In this document: piece after piece, positions 16,786 to 23,744 of the stretch
How positions within the stretch are numbered: the stretch's first letter is position 1
How the letters are laid out: each line of letters begins with the position of its first letter
Source: a virus
Lineage: Duplodnaviria; Caudoviricetes
DNA: 36,756 bases
Virus record (IMG/VR): IMGVR_UViG_3300049731_000218
Location: 1 to 36,756 of that record
Direction: 5' to 3' (one strand)
Position numbers and translations under genes: made by a program
Notes under the pieces: model-generated
Database searches by the model: none
Seen by the model: the letters and a program-made list of their open reading frames with translations, nothing else
What the model was told of the DNA's origin: nothing

Positions 16786-18833
16786 TGCCCCGCCCGGAAC
16801 TCACCGTCACCGTCGGAGACACCCCCGATGAAGCAGGGGACCCCGGTGACCAGATCGACTACACCGCCCAAGGCACGACCGCGGGCTTCCAGCTGGCGTT
16901 CAACAGCATCGGGACCGGCGTCGTCACCGTCCGCAACGACGACCCGCTCCTCGCTGAGCTGACCACCGGCCGCTACCTCCGCTGGATGCTCGACGGCACC
17001 CAGGTCTGGACGACCCGGATCACCTGGCAACGCAAGGCCGTGGTCGCGCCAGACGAAGAGGTCGGCCATCTCACCGTGGTCGAATCGCAAGGACAGCTCG
17101 CCGACTGGCAGCGCGCCACCGTCCAACCCGAGCTCGGGTACCTCACGAACCCCTACAGCTCAGCGCGGGTGTTCAACTTCGCTTCCCCCTACTACGACGA
17201 CACGGACTGGGACACCCCGTTCGAGCAGTTCCGCCAGGACGAGTACGGCGTACCACCCAATCTGCTGTTCGGCTGGCCGATCGACTGGCCCGACCCCACG
17301 ATCTACTGGATCTGGCCGACCGAGAAGGAAGAAGACGAAGAGGTCGACCCCGGCATCGCCCTGTTCCGTGGGGTCGCCACCGTCGCGAACTCCGGTCTCC
17401 ACCGCGCCTGCCTCGCTGGCGACAACCGTCACCGAACATGGTTCGACGGCATCAAGATCCTCGAGTACAACGAGGAGCACGCCACACAAGGGTGGGACAA
17501 GACCTACGACCTCGACGTGCCGGCAAGCGTCGGCGACCACGTCATCGGCGCGATGGTCGAGAACATCCCCGGCCCCGTCAACAACGCCGGCTTCCTGTTC
17601 GGTTTGTGGGAGAACGCCGGCTCCGACGGCCTCGGCGCCAAGATCCTCGAATCGAACGACGCCGACTGGAAATGCCTCCTCGACCCCGACCCGTGGCCCG
17701 GGTTCACCGTCGGTCACGTCCTCCGCATCCTCCTCGAAGAGGTGCAAGCCCTGACGCCGGCCCGGCTGGATGGCTGGTCGCTGAGCTGCACCGACACCGA
17801 CGACACCGACGACAACCCGTTCCCCGTCATCCCCGAGCTCGTCGTGCAGGTCGGCGACAGCCTCCACAAGGTGCTCGAGCAGTTCGCCGAGTCCTACATC
17901 GACTTCGACGTCGACATCACCACCAAGACACTCCACGTCTGGGTCAAGGGGATGCGTGGCACCACCTCCAGTGTCGTGTTCGACCCGGGGGTCAACGCCA
18001 CCGAGCTCGACCGCGACGAGGGCGGCGACTTCGCCAACACCGTGCACTACCGCTACAAGGACGGGCACACCCAGTTCGTCGACACCGCGACACGCGATGG
18101 CGAGACGTCGATCGAACGGTACGGCGTGCGCGAGGTGTTCTTGAGCCTCGACGACGTCGAACGGCTCGACGCCGTGGAGGAGTACCTCGCAGAGTGGCTG
18201 GCGCTCAATGCGTGGCCCCGAGAATCGGTCACGTTCGGCCTCGAACCCACCGGTGGTGACCTGCCCCTGACCGACTTCGCTGTCGCCGACGAGGTGACCG
18301 TCGACGGCGACCCTCTCAAGGTGGTGAGCCTCACCTGCGAGGTCGACATCCACGGTCGTGCGACGTGGGCGACCGAGGTCGTCACCCGCGGGGAGATCTG
18401 GGCGCAGAACCTGGAGCGCACACTGCAAGCGAAGATCAACGGCACCTTCTCCGGGCGGTCGCTGTTCTCCTCGCCATCGACACCGGGCGTGTTCGGCGTC
18501 GCCGAACGCACCCGCCCGCAGGCGCAACGACTCCAACCCTATTCATGGGCCGGTGAGGTGATCGAGGACGTGTCGGGCACACCGGCCATCGACGGCCCCA
18601 TCCGACTCACCGGCATCATCCTCTCGGCGCATCCCGGCGGCGGCGGCGACACGACCGTGCACCTCAACCTGAACGGCAGCTCGGCCGGTTCGGCGACCAT
18701 CGGCGCCGCGCAAACCGAGGTGCGCGAGACGTTCCTCGAGGATCTGGTGCAAGGCGACATCCTCGAGGCCGAGTGCACCGAAGCCGGCGGGCACACCGGC
18801 GTCGTCGCGACGCCGCGGGCCTACTACGTCTGA
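16785..18833 (+). CDS. Minor tail protein (tail hub/Tal-like) with inserted lectin-like domain
   Basis: Position after the Dit-like gene; SIERYGVREVF hub-type motif; internal WIW...DN...NNAGFL...WKC segment. Confidence 0.75.
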   Translation: MPRPELTVTVGDTPDEAGDPGDQIDYTAQGTTAGFQLAFNSIGTGVVTVRNDDPLLAELTTGRYLRWMLDGTQVWTTRITWQRKAVVAPDEEVGHLTVVESQGQLADWQRATVQPELGYLTNPYSSARVFNFASPYYDDTDWDTPFEQFRQDEYGVPPNLLFGWPIDWPDPTIYWIWPTEKEEDEEVDPGIALFRGVATVANSGLHRACLAGDNRHRTWFDGIKILEYNEEHATQGWDKTYDLDVPASVGDHVIGAMVENIPGPVNNAGFLFGLWENAGSDGLGAKILESNDADWKCLLDPDPWPGFTVGHVLRILLEEVQALTPARLDGWSLSCTDTDDTDDNPFPVIPELVVQVGDSLHKVLEQFAESYIDFDVDITTKTLHVWVKGMRGTTSSVVFDPGVNATELDRDEGGDFANTVHYRYKDGHTQFVDTATRDGETSIERYGVREVFLSLDDVERLDAVEEYLAEWLALNAWPRESVTFGLEPTGGDLPLTDFAVADEVTVDGDPLKVVSLTCEVDIHGRATWATEVVTRGEIWAQNLERTLQAKINGTFSGRSLFSSPSTPGVFGVAERTRPQAQRLQPYSWAGEVIEDVSGTPAIDGPIRLTGIILSAHPGGGGDTTVHLNLNGSSAGSATIGAAQTEVRETFLEDLVQGDILEAECTEAGGHTGVVATPRAYYV

Positions 18834-18852
18834 TCCTGGGAGGGGAGTCCTG

Positions 18853-19041
18853 ATGCGCTTCGAGCTCGTCCGCAAGGTCACACCGTTCCGCCAGCGTGAA
18901 TGCTGGTCATATCGCATCGTCGCCGGGAACGGCGAGGTGCTCGCGGTGTCGGAGAAGCTCGCAAACCGTGCTCATGCCGAGCGGATGATCGCCAAGATCC
19001 GCGCCGAGCGCGCCAAGGCCGAGACGACGGTCATCGAGTAA
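18853..19041 (+). CDS. DUF1508/YegP-like protein
   Basis: WSYRIVAGNGEVLAVSEKLANRAHAERMI motif; GGAG SD. Confidence 0.8.
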   Translation: MRFELVRKVTPFRQRECWSYRIVAGNGEVLAVSEKLANRAHAERMIAKIRAERAKAETTVIE

Positions 19042-19953
19042 GTGCCTGTCGGACAGTGGGACAGCCTCACCGTCCTACCCGAGTCCCGCCAGGAAGCCGT
19101 CGCCGGTGCGGTGGGCGAGGACTTCTACGTCTTCGGCGGTGGGCCGAACCGGCAGACCGCCTACTGGTGGGACGGGTCCAGCTGGACCGCAGTCAGCAAC
19201 CTGCCCGCGATCCGACGGGACTGGGCTGCAGCATCCGACGAGACCGACATCATCTACCTCGTCGGCGGGCGCAACGCCGACTCGTCGCTCACTCCCGAGT
19301 CGCAGATCTGGGGGTACTCCACGTCGGGTGACAGCTACGACACCGGCCTCGCGTCGATGTCGGTGCCCCGGTTCGACCACGGCGCCGTGTACCACGACGG
19401 GCAGGTGTTCGTGTTCGGAGGCACCACCACTGGCAGCGCCAACACTGACTCCGTCGAGGTGTACGACATCGCCGGGGACTCCTGGTCGTCAGCGACATCC
19501 ATCCCAGCGCAGAAGAGCAGTTTTGCCTACGCCAAGTCGGGTCACCACGCGCTGCTGATCTCTGGCTACGAGGGCTCCGGGTTCGGGACGCTCGTCCCCA
19601 CGGTGCGCCGATACGACCTCGACGCTGACAGCTGGGACACCGTCGCCGACTACCCCCACTCCTACGAGGGCATCGCGGCGGCGCCGACTCGCACCGGCTC
19701 GCCTCGAATCGTCGCCGCTGGCGGCAACCCTCCCGCGCCGACCGACGTCGCCTACGTGTGGATGTCCTCGGCTGACACGTGGGTGGACGCCGGGGTGCTG
19801 CCCACCGGCGCCGGCGTGGTCTACATGGCCGCCGCGGCGGGGGAATCGTCGGCGCAGTTCTTCGGGGGTCGCACCGCGCCGACCCCGGACACCTACCACG
19901 CCCGCTACCGGCTCGGCGGCGGCGTGTTCGTCGGCATCTACGTCGGCCTGTAG
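19042..19953 (+). CDS. Kelch-repeat beta-propeller protein
   Basis: Repeated YVFGG / YLVGG / FVFGG / AAGG units with VEVYD...W spacing. Confidence 0.88.
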   Translation: MPVGQWDSLTVLPESRQEAVAGAVGEDFYVFGGGPNRQTAYWWDGSSWTAVSNLPAIRRDWAAASDETDIIYLVGGRNADSSLTPESQIWGYSTSGDSYDTGLASMSVPRFDHGAVYHDGQVFVFGGTTTGSANTDSVEVYDIAGDSWSSATSIPAQKSSFAYAKSGHHALLISGYEGSGFGTLVPTVRRYDLDADSWDTVADYPHSYEGIAAAPTRTGSPRIVAAGGNPPAPTDVAYVWMSSADTWVDAGVLPTGAGVVYMAAAAGESSAQFFGGRTAPTPDTYHARYRLGGGVFVGIYVGL

Positions 19954-19964
19954 GGGGACTGATC

Positions 19965-20711
19965 GTGGCTCTCGACGAGGACTTCGAGCACCGGTTCAAC
20001 CTGTACGCCGACGAGTGTGCGCGTCGTGGCCACCCGCGGCCTCGGGTCGTGTCGGGCTACCGCGACCCACTGGCGCAGAAGCGGCTGTGGGACTGCTACC
20101 AGGCTCGCCTGCGGACCGGCCGGTGCCCGTGCCCGTCGTGCAACACCGCCGCCCGACCGGGGTCGAGCTACCACGAACGTGGCCTCGCGATCGACCACGC
20201 CCCCAACTCCACCCCGCAGATGCGCAACATCGCCGCCGAGTTCGGCCTGTGGTATCCGCTGCTCAACATCGGCGAACCGTGGCACGTCGAACCGCGCAGC
20301 GCCCGCCAACCCGGCTACCAGCCGCCACCGGTCGGAACCCCCTCGCCCCCTGCCCCCGTGGAGGACGACGACGTGTCCAAGAACGCCGCCCACACCCGAG
20401 CTGACGGGATCACGCTGAAAGCCCGCACCGGCGGACCGTGGGGGCTGGCGATCAAGTACAACGACGGCCCCGGTATCCCCCTCGGCAATCTCGAATGGGT
20501 CGCCATCGGTGAGAAGGTGCGGAACTGGCCGGTTGTGGTCGGCTCGGCCGAGCTCGTCGACCCCGTCGTGTACACGCTCGACACCGGCAACGGCATGGGC
20601 CCCCGGTTCCACGTCGACGTCGTCGAACGCGACAGCGGTAAGACCTGGACGGTCGGCCAAACCATCGGCGGAGTCCCGCACTTCTGGGATCCGGCGGTGT
20701 ACCCCGGATGA
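19965..20711 (+). CDS. Endolysin, M15/VanY-type zinc peptidase
   Basis: SGYR...Q..LW, AARPGSSYHERGLAID, EPWHVE; Pro-rich linker to a C-terminal domain. Confidence 0.88.
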   Translation: MALDEDFEHRFNLYADECARRGHPRPRVVSGYRDPLAQKRLWDCYQARLRTGRCPCPSCNTAARPGSSYHERGLAIDHAPNSTPQMRNIAAEFGLWYPLLNIGEPWHVEPRSARQPGYQPPPVGTPSPPAPVEDDDVSKNAAHTRADGITLKARTGGPWGLAIKYNDGPGIPLGNLEWVAIGEKVRNWPVVVGSAELVDPVVYTLDTGNGMGPRFHVDVVERDSGKTWTVGQTIGGVPHFWDPAVYPG

Positions 20712-20920
20712 GCCAGACACGCAGCGAAGCGCGCAGCCGCTACGACGTCGACACCCGTATCGGGCTGCTCGAGTCCGACGCCGACGCCTTCGAGCTGGAC
20801 CTGCTGCGCATCAACCAGCGGCTCGACAAGCTGTTGTGGGCGATGATCGGCATGATCATCTCGCTCACCACCGGCGCCGTCCTGCTCGCCATCAACCTGG
20901 TGGTCGCTCGTGGCGGCTGA
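20708..20920 (+). CDS. Small membrane protein (lysis cassette)
   Basis: Coiled coil plus one C-terminal TM helix; coupled to the endolysin. Confidence 0.7.
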   Translation: MSQTRSEARSRYDVDTRIGLLESDADAFELDLLRINQRLDKLLWAMIGMIISLTTGAVLLAINLVVARGG

Positions 20921-21167
20921 CCTGAACGGCAAACGTGACACAGCCGCGATCGCGCTGCTGTCGTCGGCGGTGCTCGCCATGCTCTTCGTCGTCGCGCTCG
21001 TGTTCGCGGTGGCGGTGAACATCCGCCAAGACGCCCGAACCCGCGACCAGATCTCGGAGAACTGCGCGGCGATCAACCAGACCCGCGCCGAGGTCCGGGC
21101 CCTGGCCGAGCTCGCCAGCCCAGCCATCCGAGAACGGGCCGCCACGCTCGGTCCGATCAGCTGCTGA
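20910..21167 (+). CDS. Membrane protein (lysis cassette)
   Basis: N-terminal TM helix followed by a helical segment with two Cys. Confidence 0.65.
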   Translation: MAADLNGKRDTAAIALLSSAVLAMLFVVALVFAVAVNIRQDARTRDQISENCAAINQTRAEVRALAELASPAIRERAATLGPISC

Positions 21168-21171
21168 GCCG

Positions 21172-21330
21172 GTGTACCGGCTCGTCGTCGACTTCGACAT
21201 CGACGCCGACGAGATCCCCTGGGTCGAGTCCCTGCTGCGCGCCGTGCTGCCCCAGGCCGCCGAGCGCGTCGGCGGCCGACTCGACCACTTCCGCATCGAC
21301 CTGATCCCCCAGGAGGACCCCCAACCATGA
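21172..21330 (+). CDS. Small hypothetical protein (not in ORF track)
   Basis: GTG YRLVVDFDIDADEIPWVESLLRAVLPQAAERVGGRLDHFRIDLIPQEDPQP*; fills the gap and has an ATGA overlap with the next gene. Confidence 0.6.
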   Translation: MYRLVVDFDIDADEIPWVESLLRAVLPQAAERVGGRLDHFRIDLIPQEDPQP

Positions 21331-21701
21331 GACAACGCGCCATCATCCTGCTCGGCGGCATCGCCGGCGTCATCGCGGCCGCGCTCGGCCTGACCAACGC
21401 GACGGGGGCAACCGAGCTGACTGCCGAATCCATCGGCGCGATCTCCGCCGGTGCCGGCGCGATCGCCACCTTCGGCGTCGCCATCCTCCGATCCTGGGAC
21501 GAGGAGCCCGTGTTCGTGTTCCTCGCCGGGCTCGCCACCGCCGCCTCCGCGTTCCTCTCCATCGGCCAAGCCGCCGACTGGTGGACGCTGTCCGACGCCA
21601 ACGCCGGCTCGATCATCACCGTCATCACCGCCGTGACCGCCCTCGCCGCATCAGTGCTGCGCGGCACCGTGACCGCCCCCGCGAACCTCCTCGGCGAGTG
21701 A
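21327..21701 (+). CDS. Holin-like multi-pass membrane protein
   Basis: About four hydrophobic helices, ...LRGTVTAP end; AGGAGG SD. Confidence 0.7.
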   Translation: MRQRAIILLGGIAGVIAAALGLTNATGATELTAESIGAISAGAGAIATFGVAILRSWDEEPVFVFLAGLATAASAFLSIGQAADWWTLSDANAGSIITVITAVTALAASVLRGTVTAPANLLGE

Positions 21702-21973
21702 CCGATCGTCTGTGCCACCTCGCAGCCAAGGTGCTCGCGCTCCCACCCGAACCGCAACCGGGGAGCCGGTGGGTGACCGCAGCCCGAGAGGGTGACCGTG
21801 ACCCTCGCCGGCTGGTCGTGACCGGCCACCCGATCGATCTCGGCCCGGGCGAACCGGTCGTCGTCCCCGTCGCCTGGGTCCGCGAGGACGAGGTGCCGAT
21901 CGAACGGTTCTACCCGGGATGCGGAGTGAGCGGCCGGCTTCGACTCGTGCCCGACGAGAGGGGTGCAGCATGA
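21698..21973 (+). CDS. Hypothetical protein
   Basis: GTGA and ATGA coupling at its two ends. Confidence 0.55.
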   Translation: MTDRLCHLAAKVLALPPEPQPGSRWVTAAREGDRDPRRLVVTGHPIDLGPGEPVVVPVAWVREDEVPIERFYPGCGVSGRLRLVPDERGAA

Positions 21974-22446
21974 GCAGGACCGTCCCCATCCAGCGGGACT
22001 GGCGGACCTGGGCGGTCTCATCGGCAATCGCGCTGGTCGCCGGCGTGAGTCTGCTGTTCGCGCCCGCCGCCGCCGAGGTCATCTTCCCGCCCGACGAATC
22101 CTGCTCCGGGCTGCACGTCTCCGTCGGCGACGTCACGGTCGTCGAGGGAGACGAGCTGGCCCGGTCAGCGCAGGTACCCCTGTCACTGTCAGAACCGTCT
22201 GAGACGACCCAGTCAGTGACGGTGGCCGTGCTCCCGGATGGGGCGGACGAGGCCGACTTCCGCCCGAAGCACGTCACCGCCGGGTTCGCTCCCGGGACGG
22301 TGTACCGGACCGTCGGCGTGCGGCTCACCCCCGACACGACCCGCGAAGACGGCGACGAGGGCGTGTTCCTTGGACTGTACGAGCCGACACCGGGGCTGAA
22401 CGTGTGCCGCCAGGCCGGGTACCTGACGATCGTCGACGACGACTGA
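21970..22446 (+). CDS. Secreted Calx-beta domain protein
   Basis: Signal peptide ending APAAA-E; VSVGDVTVVEGD...LSLSEPS...DF...FAPG...DE...LTIVDDD. Confidence 0.8.
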   Translation: MSRTVPIQRDWRTWAVSSAIALVAGVSLLFAPAAAEVIFPPDESCSGLHVSVGDVTVVEGDELARSAQVPLSLSEPSETTQSVTVAVLPDGADEADFRPKHVTAGFAPGTVYRTVGVRLTPDTTREDGDEGVFLGLYEPTPGLNVCRQAGYLTIVDDD

Positions 22447-22459
22447 GGAGAGCACGCCG

Positions 22460-22900
22460 ATGATCGAGCACGACTTCCTCCACACCCAGGGCATCTACTG
22501 CGGTGACCCTTGGGACGTGTACGTGGTGGTCCTCAACGAGGACGGCACCGCGTACGACGTCACCGAGTCGGGCGAAGACGCCTGGGTGTGCCAGCTGCGC
22601 GCGCGACCTGACTCGACGCTCGACGTGATCGCCGACGTCGAGGTCGCCTTCGCGACGGTGGCCGTGTTCGATCGCGAGAACCTCGACGAGACGAACCCGA
22701 TCAACGCCGAGCTGCTCGCGGCGCTCGACGAGCTCGAAGAGACCGACCCGGTCCTGCACCTGCACCTGGACAGCGACACGACCCAAGCGTTGCGGCCGAG
22801 CCTGCCTTGGTACGACATCGAAGAGGTCGGCGTCACCACTTGGCAGCGGGGCCGCGTGGAGATCCGAGGCGACGTCAGCGTCGTCGAGACAGAGGAGTGA
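22460..22900 (+). CDS. Tail/baseplate accessory protein (BppU N-terminal-like)
   Basis: IYCGDPW...AYDVT...CQLR...LHLDSDTT...WYDIE...TWQRGRVEIRGDVS pattern. Confidence 0.6.
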   Translation: MIEHDFLHTQGIYCGDPWDVYVVVLNEDGTAYDVTESGEDAWVCQLRARPDSTLDVIADVEVAFATVAVFDRENLDETNPINAELLAALDELEETDPVLHLHLDSDTTQALRPSLPWYDIEEVGVTTWQRGRVEIRGDVSVVETEE

Positions 22901-22904
22901 GCCT

Positions 22905-23744
22905 GTGAGCGCGGCTGTGGTCATCAACGCAGTGGTCGTGATCGTCGGTCAGGCCCGCGGCCCGCGTGGCCCGGCCGGTAGCGGCGAAGGCGAAGGCGGT
23001 CTCCCCGTCGGTGGCACGACCGGTCAAGCCCTTCTCAAGCAGTCGGTCGCCGACGGCGACGCCGATTGGGCCACGCTTCTGATCTCGATGGTGTCGGGTC
23101 TGCAGGCCGCGTTGGACGCCAAACAGGCGACATCGGAGAAGGGCGCCGCCAACGGGTACGCGCCGCTCGACGCCGGCTCGCTCGTCGCTGACGCCTACAT
23201 CCCGGCGTCGATCGCGCGCGACAGCGAGGTCACCGCAGCGGTGAGCGCCGCGGTGAACGCGCTGGTCGGCGCCGCGCCGGGAACGCTCGACACCCTGTCT
23301 GAGATCGCCGACGCGCTGCAGGACAACCCGAACGTCATCACCGACCTGATCGCCTCGATCGGCACCAAGATCGCCTCGACGCTGCTCGACGCGCAGTCGG
23401 TGCTCATGGCGATCTCCGACAACACGCCGATCGCCCAGGTGATCGACGAAGGCGAGATGTTCGGCCGGCTGCCGGGCGGGAACCTGGGGCCGCTGACCGC
23501 CGCCCAGGTGCGCACGCTGATCGACCTGACCGCCCAGATCGCCACCGCCGTCGCCGCGCACAACGCCGCCACAACCGACGTGCACGGCATCGCTGACACG
23601 TCGACGCTTCTGGTGGTCGTCGAGCACGGTTCGGACCCGGGCGTGCCCCGCCCGGCCGGCGCGGTGATGGTGCTCTGGAAGGGCGACGTGCTACCGAACG
23701 AGATCATCGAGGCGTCCGACTGGTGGGAGGTCCCACCGGCGTGA
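22905..23744 (+). CDS. Tail fibre-like structural protein
   Basis: GPRGPAG, LPVGGTTGQALLKQS, SGLQAALDAK, KGAANGYAPLD, LVGAAPGTLDTLSEIADAL: common fibre shaft motifs. Confidence 0.75.
   Translation: MSAAVVINAVVVIVGQARGPRGPAGSGEGEGGLPVGGTTGQALLKQSVADGDADWATLLISMVSGLQAALDAKQATSEKGAANGYAPLDAGSLVADAYIPASIARDSEVTAAVSAAVNALVGAAPGTLDTLSEIADALQDNPNVITDLIASIGTKIASTLLDAQSVLMAISDNTPIAQVIDEGEMFGRLPGGNLGPLTAAQVRTLIDLTAQIATAVAAHNAATTDVHGIADTSTLLVVVEHGSDPGVPRPAGAVMVLWKGDVLPNEIIEASDWWEVPPA

Noticed and set aside
14073-18536. Long antisense ORFs (e.g. 14073..15893, 14938..16599, 17160..18536; also 3407..4675, 20315..22027, 30422..32182)
   Set aside because: They shadow well-supported + strand genes and have no recognisable motifs. 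Such ORFs are expected in high-GC DNA, where stop codons are rare.
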